Shown here one piece after another: positions 22,644-34,809 of a stretch of 64,000 nucleotides of DNA (positions are counted from its first letter, which is position 1; each line of letters begins with the position of its first letter). The position numbers and the translations under genes are program-made. This DNA comes from an uncultured Pseudomonadota bacterium (GTDB lineage: Bacteria > Pseudomonadota > Alphaproteobacteria > JACZXZ01). Where the stretch lies: assembly GCA_963749075.1 (NCBI GenBank), contig CAVVLJ010000022.1, positions 148,216-212,215 on the forward strand, in the 5' to 3' direction. The notes under the pieces are model-generated. The model worked only from the letters and a program-made list of their open reading frames with translations. It was not told where the DNA came from and did not search any database.

Positions 22644-23009
22644 TCACGGGTTTTCTACGCCCTCGCGAATCGTCCGCACGAGGCGCTCACCCGGCCTAAG
22701 ATCGTCGTATGTGATGATGATGAGTTTGTTATTCTCGTCGGTTATGCCGAATCGGTCGATGTAAGTCGTGTAATCGCCAGCTTCATACTTCTTGGCAATT
22801 AGACGACCGATCTGCGGTAGGTTGCTTTCTACGAGGGCAATCCTCTGCCGATGCGAAACCTCGCGAAGCTGAAAGTAGCCGGCAATTGCCTCGCGGGTGA
22901 TCCGGGTGATAACCCAAATCTTGCCATCGTCGACCAACACCACTACAAAGGAGTCATCGCTTTGACCCTGCGACAACCGAACATCACTTAGCGCCATCTG
23001 AGCACTCAC
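22644..23009 (-). CDS. Hypothetical protein
   Basis: Low-GC ORF with normal globular composition. Confidence 0.55.
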   Translation of the reverse strand: MSAQMALSDVRLSQGQSDDSFVVVLVDDGKIWVITRITREAIAGYFQLREVSHRQRIALVESNLPQIGRLIAKKYEAGDYTTYIDRFGITDENNKLIIITYDDLRPGERLVRTIREGVENP

Positions 23010-23590
23010 GAGAAAATTCGGGTTTCACATGGTGAGTATATAGGATCGGTTCTTAAGAACGCAGCCCCGCCAGCCACCGCCTCGGCCTGACGGATGGCCT
23101 GGCCGGTCGCGGCGGCTCCGGCCCGATCTGCGGCGCGCGCATGGTGATCGCGTGCGCGCGGCCTTGCGAAACAGGGCAAGCAACCGCTGCCGCAAGCTCA
23201 GGCTGGCCGGCCTGGGCTGCTGCGGGAACTCCGGTCTGAACGGGATGCGCCGCGGTCCCGTGGGGCGTCCCATCATCGGTCGCGCTCGTCTCGTCGTCAT
23301 CGTTCAAGCTCTTGTTGCCGCCGGCGTTTAAGTTTTTCGTCGATCTTCCTGGCGCGCTCGGGGTGGTCCTGCTTCTCGATAAGAAGCGCGAAGTGGTTAG
23401 AGGCACGCCTCGGCCCGGCGGGAGACTCGGGAACATTCTCGCTTTCGCGTGCTGGCGGCAGACCAGCCTGCGGCGCGCGCGTCGTGTCCCGGCCGGGCGC
23501 TTGCCGCTCCGGCGGCGGAATCTCTGCGGGTTCCCCCGCCGAAGGGTAAATTGATGCGCACATCGTCACGCCGCCGCCAGTCGCGATAAG

Positions 23591-23772
23591 CCCCTCTCCC
23601 GCGCCGACGGGAGAAGGCGAGAACTCCCTCTCCCGCGTGCGGGAGAGATGCTATGGGGCCCATCCCGAAGGGATGGGAAGGATGAGGGAATGCCGGATGT
23701 CGGCGCCGTCCCTCACCCTCCCACGGCCTTACGGCCGCGGGCCCCTCCCTCTCCCGCAAGCGGGAGAGGGGC
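23591..23772. repeat. Palindromic REP/MITE-like element cluster
   Basis: Three CCCTCTCCCGC..GGGAGA(G/A)GG-type hairpins plus a CCCATCCC..GGGATGGG hairpin, similar to 8187-8334. Confidence 0.75.
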
Positions 23773-23816
23773 GTAACGTGGTCGGCGCTGCCGCTTGCCG
23801 CAGGCCGGGCGAGGCG

Positions 23817-24635
23817 TCAGATCCCGGCCGGCGTCGCCAGGCTTTCAGCCAGGCCGTGGGCCAGCAGGCGCGCGAGGCGCTGGCGGTAGGGCTGCGTGCG
23901 CAGCAGGGCCTCGTCCGCGTCGTTCGAAAGGAAGCCCGTCTCGATCAGCATGGCCGGCACGGAAGGAGAGCGCAGCACCGCGAAATTGGCCGAGCGCGCC
24001 GGCCGCTCGAGAAGGCGCGTCCGCCCGGAGAGGTCCGAGATCAGGCGGTGCTGCATGGCGAGCGAGAGGTTGAGCGTCTCGCGCCGCGCCAAATCGAAGA
24101 GGATCGAGGCGACGTTCTTGTCGACTTGGTGCAGGTTGACGCCGTAGAGCGAATCGACGCGGTTCTCATGATCGGCCAAGGCCGCGGCAAAGCGGTCGGA
24201 GGCGACTTCCGAGAGCGTATAGATGGAAAGCCCGCGCGCCCCCGCCTCGGGGCAGGAGTCGGCATGGACCGAAATCAAGAGGTCCGCCTTCAAGGCTTGC
24301 GCGATGGCCACCCGCTCCGCCAGGGGAAGGAAGACGTCGGAATGCCGCGTCAGCCTGACGGCGGCTCCGCTCAGCCGGGCGAGCTCGGCGGCGAAATCCC
24401 GCGCGATCTCGAGGACGATGCCTTTCTCCTCGATTCCCGAGTGCCCGATGGCCCCCGGGTCCACGCCGCCATGGCCGGGATCGATGACAATTGTCAAGCG
24501 GCCTTTGGTGCGCGGAGGAAAGACCGGGATGGGAAGCGGCCCGCGCGCCGAGGCCGATCGCAACAGGACCAGCAGGCTAAGGGCCGAGGTCAATGCGATC
24601 GATGAGCTTCCGCGGATAAATGTACGCCGGTCCAT
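23817..24635 (-). CDS. N-acetylmuramoyl-L-alanine amidase (Amidase_3), Tat-exported, no AMIN domain
   Basis: MDRRTFI Tat signal; IDPGHGG, EK, SVHAD, LIETGFLSN. Confidence 0.9.
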   Translation of the reverse strand: MDRRTFIRGSSSIALTSALSLLVLLRSASARGPLPIPVFPPRTKGRLTIVIDPGHGGVDPGAIGHSGIEEKGIVLEIARDFAAELARLSGAAVRLTRHSDVFLPLAERVAIAQALKADLLISVHADSCPEAGARGLSIYTLSEVASDRFAAALADHENRVDSLYGVNLHQVDKNVASILFDLARRETLNLSLAMQHRLISDLSGRTRLLERPARSANFAVLRSPSVPAMLIETGFLSNDADEALLRTQPYRQRLARLLAHGLAESLATPAGI

Positions 24636-24739
24636 CGGAATCTGGCTATATCGCGGGCTGCCCACTTGTCAAGCCGCGAATCCGGCCAGGTGCCAATTCG
24701 CCGGCTCCGGTACCGAGGCGAAAGCCGCCCAGCCGCGGC

Positions 24740-25549
24740 TCAGTGGGCTGCCGCCACGCCGCGCGGACGGAGCGGGCGCGCCAGGCTGATGAAATAGACG
24801 CCGCAGCTGAGCACGACGATCCAGAAGCTCGTCGGCCAATCGCTCAGATAGGCGAGTGCGAGGCCGAGCCAGGTCTCGCCGACGCCGAGGAGTGCCGCGA
24901 GTGCGATACCCCAGCCGAGCCGCGAGGTGAGGCGCAGCGCTGCCGCCGCGGGTCCGACCATGAGGGCGAAGACGAGGAGCACGCCGACCACCTGGGCGGC
25001 CTCGGCCACGGCGACCGCGACGATGGCGAGGAAGAGGACGGACACCAGCCGCAGGGAAACGCCCTTGGCCTCGGCGAGCTCGGGCGCCAAGGTCGCGAAG
25101 AGGAGCGGACGCGAGATCGCGGCGAGCGCCAGGAGGGCCAGGCCGCCGAGGGCCGCCATCTGCCACACCATGTCGAGGCTGACGCCGAGCACGTTGCCGA
25201 AGAGGAGCGCCGTCGCCTGAGTGGCATTCGTCGTGTAGAGATAGAGGAACAGCACGCCCAGGCCGAGCGCGAGCGAGAGAATGATTCCGACGGCCACGTC
25301 GCGGCCGCGCAGGCGCTTGCCGAGCAGTCCCATTACGATGCCGGCCGCGAGCGTGAAGGACAGCAGCCCCCAAAAGGGAGCAATGCCGACGAGCACGGCG
25401 CCGGTGGCCCCGGCGAAGCCGATGTGCGACAGCGCGTGACCGGCGAAGGTCAGGTCGCGGAGCACCAGGAAGAAGCCGGCGGTGCCCGCGACGACCGCGA
25501 CGATGCCGCCGGCGGCGAAGGCCGTGCGCATGAAGTCATAGTCAAACAT
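24740..25549 (-). CDS. Zn/Mn ABC transporter permease (ZnuB-like)
   Basis: FAGHALSHIGFAG, LLFGNVLGV, VGVLLVFALMVGPAAAA. Confidence 0.9.
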   Translation of the reverse strand: MFDYDFMRTAFAAGGIVAVVAGTAGFFLVLRDLTFAGHALSHIGFAGATGAVLVGIAPFWGLLSFTLAAGIVMGLLGKRLRGRDVAVGIILSLALGLGVLFLYLYTTNATQATALLFGNVLGVSLDMVWQMAALGGLALLALAAISRPLLFATLAPELAEAKGVSLRLVSVLFLAIVAVAVAEAAQVVGVLLVFALMVGPAAAALRLTSRLGWGIALAALLGVGETWLGLALAYLSDWPTSFWIVVLSCGVYFISLARPLRPRGVAAAH

Positions 25550-26390
25550 CGTGAAGATGGGCATGGCTCTCCACCGGTCCGTGTCCCGAGACGACGAGGA
25601 TGCGGCCCTTCGCATGCAGGACCTCGATCGGCGTGCCGTAGAGCCGCGACAGCACGTCGCCAGTGATGACTTCATCGACCGTCCCCAGCGCGGCTTGGCC
25701 CTGGCCGAGATAGAGCACGCGGTCCATGGCGCCGAGGAGCGGGTTGATGTCGTGCGCGGTGAAGAGCACGGTGATGCCGAGGCTCGACTGAATGCGCTTC
25801 GCCAGCTCGACGACGGCATGCTGGAAATGCGGGTCGAGGCTGATGAGGGGCTCGTCGAGCAGCAGAAGCTCGGGATTGCCGACGAGCGATTGGGCGAGCA
25901 GCAGGCGCTGCAGCTCGCCGCCCGAGAGCTCGCAGAGCGGCCGAGGCACTAGCGCCTCGGCGCCGACGAGGCCTGTCACGCGCGCGACCTCGCTGCGCAC
26001 CGACTTGCCCTGATGCGGCAGGCCCCAGCGCTCGCCGTTGATGGCGCTCGCGACGAAATCCCCGCCGCAAAGGCGCAGATCGGCAACCGGGCTGCGCTGC
26101 TGCGGCAGGTAGCCGGCGGCTGGATTGCCGCGCCGCGCGCGCTTGCCGAGGACGCGGAGCTCGCCGGCCGCTGGCCGCAGCAGGCCGAGGATGGCCTGCA
26201 AAAGCGTCGTCTTCCCGGCACCGTTGGGACCGAAGACGCCGATGAATTCGCCCGCTCCGATCTTGAAGCTCACCTCGGAGAGGACGACGCGCTCGCCGCG
26301 GGCGAGCGTCACGCGCTCGAGCCCGATCGCCTCAGGCGCTAGCGTTGCTGGAGCGCCTGGTCGAGGGCGTCGAGTTGCGCCAGCATCCAT
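25542..26390 (-). CDS. Zn/Mn ABC transporter ATPase (ZnuC-like); start uncertain
   Basis: [23 protein letters not shown]. Confidence 0.9.
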   Translation of the reverse strand: MDAGATRRPRPGAPATLAPEAIGLERVTLARGERVVLSEVSFKIGAGEFIGVFGPNGAGKTTLLQAILGLLRPAAGELRVLGKRARRGNPAAGYLPQQRSPVADLRLCGGDFVASAINGERWGLPHQGKSVRSEVARVTGLVGAEALVPRPLCELSGGELQRLLLAQSLVGNPELLLLDEPLISLDPHFQHAVVELAKRIQSSLGITVLFTAHDINPLLGAMDRVLYLGQGQAALGTVDEVITGDVLSRLYGTPIEVLHAKGRILVVSGHGPVESHAHLHDV

Positions 26391-27202
26391 TCCTGGTACC
26401 TTTTTCCCGGGGGCAGCGTCTCGCTGACGCCGACGATCGGCACGCCGGCCTCCTTCGCGATCCCCCTCATGCGCTCGGTCAGGGCCTCGCTCGTCTGGTT
26501 GTTATAGAACAAAACCTTGACCGTCCGCGTCCGTAAATCCTTCTCGAAGCCGGCGATCTCGGCGGCGCTCGGCTCGGTGTCGTTCATCACCGCGAGCTGG
26601 AAACGGCCGTCGCGCATCTTGAGACCGAGGGCGTCCGCCATGTAGCCGAAGACCGGCTCGGTCGCGGTCGCCACGGTGCCGGCGTACTTGCCGCGGAGCG
26701 TTGCCACCCTCGCGTCGAGCCGCTTCATCGACTCCTCGAAGGCGGCGAGCCGCTTGGCATAGTCCGCACGATGCGGCGGGTCGAGCCGCGAGAGCAGCTC
26801 CGCGAGCCGCTTGGCGAAGGCCGGCATGGTCGCGGGATCGTACCAGATGTGCGGGTTGTCGCCGGCCTTGCGGTGGACGAGCTTCGCGACCTCGATGACC
26901 TGCCGCGACGGCGACTTCGAGGCGGCCAGGAGCTTGACGGCCCAGGGATCGTAGCCGGCCCCGCTGTAAACGAAGAGCCCGGCGTCGGCGATCTCCCGCG
27001 CCGTCGAGGCATTGGCCTCGAAGAGATGGGGGTCCTGATCCGGGTTGGTGAGGATGCTCGCGACCTTCACCTCCGGGCCGCCGACCTGCTCGGCCACGTC
27101 GCCGTAGAAGTTCTCGGCCGCCACGACATTGATCGGATCGGCATGGGCCGCCGAGGCGGCAACGGCGGAGCCGATGAAGGCGGCGATGAGGAGCTGACGC
27201 AT
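26339..27202 (-). CDS. Zn/Mn ABC substrate-binding protein (cluster A-I)
   Basis: Signal peptide; VVAAENFYG, DPHLFE, NPHIWYD. Confidence 0.92.
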   Translation of the reverse strand: MRQLLIAAFIGSAVAASAAHADPINVVAAENFYGDVAEQVGGPEVKVASILTNPDQDPHLFEANASTAREIADAGLFVYSGAGYDPWAVKLLAASKSPSRQVIEVAKLVHRKAGDNPHIWYDPATMPAFAKRLAELLSRLDPPHRADYAKRLAAFEESMKRLDARVATLRGKYAGTVATATEPVFGYMADALGLKMRDGRFQLAVMNDTEPSAAEIAGFEKDLRTRTVKVLFYNNQTSEALTERMRGIAKEAGVPIVGVSETLPPGKRYQEWMLAQLDALDQALQQR

Positions 27203-27301
27203 GGCTGTGCCCTCGCTGGATATCGTCGCGCGGCTTGACGCGGGCCACGGCTCGGCGGCGCAAAGAGCGCCGGCTCCGGCGGGCAGCCCGGCCGAAACGA
27301 T

Positions 27302-27318
27302 ATGTTATTACATTACAT
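27302..27318. promoter_or_regulatory. Zur box
   Basis: ATGTTATTACATTACAT resembles the Zur consensus TGTTATAnTATAACA; AT-rich patch 100 bp upstream of the metal SBP. Confidence 0.75.
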
Positions 27319-27388
27319 TGGGCGCGACGCAAGGCGGCCGTGACGATGTCACGGCGTCATCCTTCGCCCGTGCGGCGCTCGGGCGGGA

Positions 27389-27820
27389 TCAGCCGCGCTT
27401 GCGCTTGGCGCCCTTGCGGCGGTTGCGCGTGCCGAGGCCGATCTCCTTGGCAAGCGTCGAGCGCGTCTCGGCGTAGCTCGGGGCGACCACGGGATAGCTC
27501 GGCGGCAGGCCCCATTTGGCGCGATAGTCGGCGAGACTCATCTTATGGGCGGATCCCATGTGCCGTTTGAGCATCTTGAGTTGCATCCCGCACTCGAGGC
27601 AGACGAGATGGTTGCGGGTCACCGATTTCTTGATCGGCACGTGCGGCTCGGCCTTGCCGGCCGCGTTCCGATCTTCGCCCAAGCCGCGGAAGCAGTCGTG
27701 CACCTGCCGGATGACGGCGGGAAGCTCGGCCGATTCCACCCGATTGTTGGAAACATATGCCCGGACGACGCTGACGGTCGCCTCCATGAGCTGCCCAGAG
27801 GTTGCAGAATCGTTCATCAT
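27389..27820 (-). CDS. mucR: MucR/Ros family regulator
   Basis: VRAYVSNN...LPAVI, IKKSV...LVCLECG...LKRH, YRAKWGLP..YPVVAPSYAETRSTLAKEIGLG. Confidence 0.9.
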   Translation of the reverse strand: MMNDSATSGQLMEATVSVVRAYVSNNRVESAELPAVIRQVHDCFRGLGEDRNAAGKAEPHVPIKKSVTRNHLVCLECGMQLKMLKRHMGSAHKMSLADYRAKWGLPPSYPVVAPSYAETRSTLAKEIGLGTRNRRKGAKRKRG

Positions 27821-28126
27821 GTTCCTACCTGTGGATGTTATGACCCCGACCGTGCTGGCTACCAAAGCAATAGACCAGTATTCATTATACGAAACTCGCA
27901 GAATATGGCGAGCTATATTTGTCGTCTGTTGTGGCGAATTTTCCCCCGCATTTTAGGCGAGTCAAGTGCAATGTTTGCCTGTGCCTCAACCAATTCCTCA
28001 AATGCTGGCGATTTCTCTTTGCCGCGCGGCGAATTTGCCGGCGGCACCGGCGGGACGCCTGGTGCCGCTTGCCCATTTGCCGCCGTTATGGTGCTAAGAT
28101 GCCTCCTCCAAACGAGAAGGTGCGCG

Positions 28127-29341
28127 ATGACGAAAGCCTCGACGGGAGCGCTCTCCGGCCTCAGGATCATCGATCTCACCCGCGTGCTGGGCGGGCCCTA
28201 TTGCACGCAGATCCTCGGCGACCATGGCGCCGACGTGATCAAGGTCGAGCCGCCCTCAGGCGACGAGACGCGCGGCTGGGGGCCGCCCTTCAAGGACGAG
28301 ACCGCCTCCTATTTCATCGGAGTCAATCGCAACAAGCGCGGCATCGTCCTCGACCTCTCCCGCGCCCAAGGACGGCGCGTGCTCCTTGCGCTCCTCGAGA
28401 CGGCCAACGTGCTCGTCGAGAACTTCAAGACCGGCACCATGGAGAAATGGGGGCTGGGCTACGAAGATACGCTCAAGGAGCGCTTTCCCCGCTTGGTGCA
28501 CTGCCGCATTTCGGGCTTCGGGGCCGACGGGCCGCTCGGCGGCGCCCCGGGCTATGACGCGGTGGTGCAGGCGATGGCCGGGCTCATGAGCATCAACGGC
28601 GAGCCGGACCAGCAGCCGCTCAGGGTGGGGACGCCGGTCGTGGATCTCGGCACCGGGCTCTATGCCGCCTGCGGCATCCTCATGGCGCTCGCCGAGCGCC
28701 AGCGCTCCGGCCGCGGCCAGTTCGTCGAGGCGACGCTCTACGATTCGGCGCTCGCCCTCCTCCATCCCCATTCGGCCAACTGGTTCCTCTCGGGCAAGAC
28801 GCCGCAGCGCACGGGGAACGCCCATCCGAACATAGCACCCTATGATTCGTTTCAGACCGGGACCAAGGCCATCTTCGTCGCCGTCGGCAACGACCGGCAG
28901 TTCGCGCGCGTGGCGGCGGCACTGGGGCGGCCGGATCTCGCGGACGACGCGCGCTTCCGCTCCAACCGGGAGCGCAGCGCCAACCGCGCGGCGCTCCGCG
29001 CCGAGCTCGAGGCGGCGCTCGCGGACGTGGACGGCGAGGCCTTCGCCGAGCGGCTCCTGGAGGAGGGCGTTCCCGCCGGTCCCGTGCGCGACGTGCCCGA
29101 GGCGCTGACGCATCCCCATACGCGCCACCGGGAGATGGTCGTCGAGCGGGACGGCTACCGCGGCACGGGGACGCCCATCAAGCTCTCGCGCACGCCGGGG
29201 AGCGTGCGCCTCCTGCCGCCGGCGCTCGGCGAGGCGAGCCGCGAGGTGCTCGCGGAGGCGGGCTTCACGGGCGAGGAGATCGAGCGCCTGATCGCCGACG
29301 GCACGGTGCCGCTGCCCAAGGCGGAGCGCGCGGCCGAGTGA
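28127..29341 (+). CDS. Class III CoA transferase (CaiB/BaiF)
   Basis: ALSGLRIIDLTRVLGGP, GADVIKVEPP, NRNKRGI, PGYDAVVQA. Confidence 0.92.
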   Translation: MTKASTGALSGLRIIDLTRVLGGPYCTQILGDHGADVIKVEPPSGDETRGWGPPFKDETASYFIGVNRNKRGIVLDLSRAQGRRVLLALLETANVLVENFKTGTMEKWGLGYEDTLKERFPRLVHCRISGFGADGPLGGAPGYDAVVQAMAGLMSINGEPDQQPLRVGTPVVDLGTGLYAACGILMALAERQRSGRGQFVEATLYDSALALLHPHSANWFLSGKTPQRTGNAHPNIAPYDSFQTGTKAIFVAVGNDRQFARVAAALGRPDLADDARFRSNRERSANRAALRAELEAALADVDGEAFAERLLEEGVPAGPVRDVPEALTHPHTRHREMVVERDGYRGTGTPIKLSRTPGSVRLLPPALGEASREVLAEAGFTGEEIERLIADGTVPLPKAERAAE

Positions 29342-29357
29342 GCGGCGGCGCGTAGCG

Positions 29358-30647
29358 TCAGGCCGCCGCGGCGGCCGGCGCCAGCTCGCCGCGGCGTCCG
29401 CGGCCGATGCCGAGCACCATGAGCGAGGCGACGAGGCAGGCCACGCCGGCCGTGATGAAGGCCGTGAGATAGTCGCCGAGGTCGGTGCGGATCAAGCCGG
29501 CGCCGAAGGCCGCGGTCGCGGCGCCGAGCTGGTGGCCGCAGAACACCCAGCCGAAGACGACGCTGCCGCGCTCGCGCCCGAAGGTATCGACGGTGAGGCG
29601 CACGGTGGGCGGCACCGTCGCCACCCAGTCGAGGCCATAGAACACCGCGAAGAGCGAGAGCCCGTAGAACGAGATGTCGAAGGAGAAGGGCAGGTACATG
29701 AGCGAGAGCCCGCGCAGCGCGTAGTACCAGAAGAGCAGCCGCTGGTTGTTCCAGCGGTCGGAGAGCCAGCCCGACATCAAGGTGCCCACGAAGTCGAAGG
29801 CGCCGATCACGGCGAGCAGCCCCGCCGCCTTCACCTCGGGGATGCCGTGGTCGAAGCACGCCGGGATGAGATGCGTGCCGATGAGCCCGTTGGTGCTGAG
29901 GCCGCAGATGAAGAAGCTGCCGAAGAGCAGCCAGAAGTCGCGGCTGCGCATGGCGAGGAGGAGCGTCGAGAGGGCGAGCGCCACGGGATTGCTCTCGGGC
30001 TTGCGCGGCGCCTCGGCAACGCCCGGCTCGCCCAGGCGGTTCAAGCCCACGTCGTGCGGGTGATTGCGCATGAGAAGGGCGATGGCCGGAAGGAGCACCA
30101 CGCCCAGGCCCGCGACCGCGAGGGCTGCGAAGCGCCAGCCGTGGTCTTCGACGAGCTTGGCGAGCACCGGAAGGAAGATGAGCTGGCCCGTGGCGTTGCT
30201 CGCCGTGAGGATGCCCATGGCAAAGCCGCGGCGGCTGGTGAACCAGCGGTTGACGACCGTGGCGCCGAGCGCCATCGCCGTCATGCCGGTGCCGCCGCCG
30301 ACCACGAAGCCCCAGAGGAGGAGGAGCTGCCAGGGCGTCGTCATGAGCGTCGTGAGCGCCACGCCGGTAGCGACCAGCGACACCGCGAAGAGCATGGTGA
30401 GGCGCGCGCCGAGCCGCTCGACGAGCGCCGCCGCGAAGGGTCCCATCAGGCCGTAGAGGATGAGGTTCACCGACACCGCGGAGGAGATCGTCACCGTCGA
30501 CCAGCCGAACTCCTGCTCGTAGGGCACGATGAAGACGCCGGGCGCAGCCCGGGAGGCGGCCGCGATAAGCAAGGTCAGGAAAGCGACCGCGAGCGCAATC
30601 CAGCCGTAATGCACGCGGCCTTGGGCGAGCCTGGCGACGAACGACAT
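29358..30647 (-). CDS. MFS transporter
   Basis: About 12 TM segments; HYGW start; RWFTSRRGFAMG; GWLSDR. Confidence 0.9.
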   Translation of the reverse strand: MSFVARLAQGRVHYGWIALAVAFLTLLIAAASRAAPGVFIVPYEQEFGWSTVTISSAVSVNLILYGLMGPFAAALVERLGARLTMLFAVSLVATGVALTTLMTTPWQLLLLWGFVVGGGTGMTAMALGATVVNRWFTSRRGFAMGILTASNATGQLIFLPVLAKLVEDHGWRFAALAVAGLGVVLLPAIALLMRNHPHDVGLNRLGEPGVAEAPRKPESNPVALALSTLLLAMRSRDFWLLFGSFFICGLSTNGLIGTHLIPACFDHGIPEVKAAGLLAVIGAFDFVGTLMSGWLSDRWNNQRLLFWYYALRGLSLMYLPFSFDISFYGLSLFAVFYGLDWVATVPPTVRLTVDTFGRERGSVVFGWVFCGHQLGAATAAFGAGLIRTDLGDYLTAFITAGVACLVASLMVLGIGRGRRGELAPAAAAA

Positions 30648-30766
30648 GGACGGCGCTTCCCCCTGTCTCGCGATTCCTCTGCGGCGCGCGATCCGGCTCA
30701 AGCTGGAGAAGCGTCGCCCGCAAGTCAATGCATGACCGCCATGCGCTTTCGCGCGGCCGAAGCGCT

Positions 30767-31699
30767 TCAGCGCCGGCCTGCGGCCGAGGCCCTGAGGGCG
30801 AGCACGACGCCGAGGAGGATGAGGGCGATGCTCAGCAGCAGCCGGGGTGTCACGCTTTCGCCGAAGAAGGCCACCGAGATGAGAAAGGCGATGACGGGGA
30901 CCAGCATGACGACCTGGCCTGCGGTCGCGGCCGACATGTCGGCGAGCACCTTGGCCCAGCACCAGTAGGCGAGGCCCGTGCCGATGAGCCAGTTGAAGGC
31001 GAGGGTGGCGAGAAGTACCGCCGTCCAGCGGATCGGGCGGCCGCCCTCGAGCGCCACGGCGAGCGCCGACACCGGCAAGGCCGCGCTGAGGAGCTGCCAG
31101 AAGACCTGGGGCCAGAAGCCGCTCTGCCAGCGCCGCCGGCGGTAGAGCACGGCGCCGAGCGCCCAGAGGGCGGCCGCGAGCAGGAGCTCACCGTTGCCGA
31201 GAAGGATGCGCGGCTGGCGCCAAGCGACGAGGCTCGGGCCGCAGAACAGCGCCAGGCCGACGAAGCCCAAGAGACCGCCGCCGAGTGCCAGCCGGCCGGG
31301 CCGCTCGCGCGCGAGCCAGATGCCGAAGAGGATGGCCCAGAGCGGCATGGTGTAGACAAGGACCGAGGCTCGGCCCGGCGGCACGTATTGCAGCCCGAGC
31401 ATATTGAGCGAGAAGAGGCAGCCGATCTGCAAGAGGCCGGTCCAGGCGAGCGGCCCGCACTCGCCGCGCTGAGGCAGCAGGCGCTCGCCCCTTGCCGCGA
31501 GGATGGCGCCGATCGTAGCTGCCGCGCCGATGAGCCTCAAGGCCGCGAAGGAGAGGGGGCCGATGTCGCCCAGCACCAGCTTCATGAGCGGCCAGTTGCC
31601 CGCCCAGCACAGCACGATGAAGACGAGATAGCCGATGCTCGCCAGGCGGGGCCGCCCGGGGCCTGCGCTCGCCCGTAGCGCTGTTGTGCCGTCGCTCAT
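30767..31699 (-). CDS. DMT/EamA family transporter
   Basis: WAGNWPLMK, AALRL, duplicated 5-TM halves. Confidence 0.88.
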   Translation of the reverse strand: MSDGTTALRASAGPGRPRLASIGYLVFIVLCWAGNWPLMKLVLGDIGPLSFAALRLIGAAATIGAILAARGERLLPQRGECGPLAWTGLLQIGCLFSLNMLGLQYVPPGRASVLVYTMPLWAILFGIWLARERPGRLALGGGLLGFVGLALFCGPSLVAWRQPRILLGNGELLLAAALWALGAVLYRRRRWQSGFWPQVFWQLLSAALPVSALAVALEGGRPIRWTAVLLATLAFNWLIGTGLAYWCWAKVLADMSAATAGQVVMLVPVIAFLISVAFFGESVTPRLLLSIALILLGVVLALRASAAGRR

Positions 31700-31801
31700 G
31701 GGAGGAGGTTTCCCGGGATGCTGCGGCTTGCCCTGGGCACCGCCGCCTGAGCGCCCGAGCATAGACCTCTTCGCCGCCGAGCGAGACGGTCGAGCGGCGG
31801 C

Positions 31802-31833
31802 AAGAAGAGAGGCCCGGGGGACGCCCGGGCCTC
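31802..31833 (-). terminator. Intrinsic terminator after acs
   Basis: 10-bp stem GAGGCCCGGG/CCCGGGCCTC with 5-nt loop, followed by TCTTCTT on the minus strand. Confidence 0.7.
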
Positions 31834-31897
31834 GCACGCCGTAGAGCTCGAAATAGCGTTCCGCCGCCCGGATATGGCGGCTCGTCGCGAAGGCGAC

Positions 31898-33938
<2,041 letters not shown>

Positions 33939-34248
33939 CTTTTCCTCCCGTGTTCCTGGCGCGGGCCTGTCTCAGCATGGCCCGCCGGGATCTGCAATGG
34001 CGCCGTCCGGGCGCCGGATCGGGGTTTCCCTTGCATGGTCTCGCGGTTCTTACCACGGCTCTTAGCACGAGTCGCCAAGGCGAGGAAAGCCGCCCCGGCA
34101 CCGGGTGAGAACCGCGAAGCCGCGGCTCCGGGTCGAGCTACCGAACTCGGGCGACGCCCTCGGAAAGACCGCCGCATGCTCGCGCCATCCGGCCCGCGCA
34201 CCGCGATTTCCCGAGGGACACCGCCTTCGCGTTACCCGCTTCGGGCGA

Positions 34249-34809
34249 TCACTTGCCGAACGGCCCGACGGGAAGGATCGTGCGGCCGTAATCGCCGTTG
34301 ATGACCTCCGCGGCCGAGAGATAGGCCGCAAGCAGCGCGCAGACCATCCCCAGGTAGCCGCCGAACATGTGGCTCGCGGGGACACCGAACCAGTCCCCGA
34401 TGGCGAGCAGGAGGAAGGTGACCCACAGGGTCAGGAACACGAGCTGCAGCACCATGTTGTGGCGGAAGGTCGCGATCCACATGTAGAAGGTGAACACGCC
34501 CCAAACGAAGAGGTACCAGCCGACGAACGGGCCCGGCGCCGTGCCGCCGAAGACCTTGATGAAGGCCACGAGCGACAACCAGAAGGCGCCGTAACTCAGG
34601 AATGCCACGGTCGCGAAGGTATTGCCCCGGATGTAGGCGAGAACGCCGGCCAGAGCCTGCGCGCCGCCGCCATAGGCCAGCGCCATGGCCAGGACAACGG
34701 GCATGCTTTTCGCATCGAACCAGCCCGCGTTGACCATGCTAAGTAGCCACGTGGTCGAAGCGAATCCGATCAGCCCGAGCGGAGCCGGATTGGCAAATTT
34801 GCCTTCCAT
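34249..34809 (-). CDS. satP: Acetate uptake channel, GPR1/FUN34/SatP family
   Basis: ANPAPLGL signature, GNTF, SYGAFW, C-terminal ILPVG. Confidence 0.92.
   Translation of the reverse strand: MEGKFANPAPLGLIGFASTTWLLSMVNAGWFDAKSMPVVLAMALAYGGGAQALAGVLAYIRGNTFATVAFLSYGAFWLSLVAFIKVFGGTAPGPFVGWYLFVWGVFTFYMWIATFRHNMVLQLVFLTLWVTFLLLAIGDWFGVPASHMFGGYLGMVCALLAAYLSAAEVINGDYGRTILPVGPFGK

Noticed and set aside
18700-23040. Integron cassette array
   Set aside because: Genes are short and co-oriented, but no convincing RYYYAAC...GTTRRRY attC hairpins and no IntI
23025-23569. Small ORFs between the islet and the palindromic repeat
   Set aside because: Low-complexity Arg/Pro-rich translations in competing frames; none can be supported
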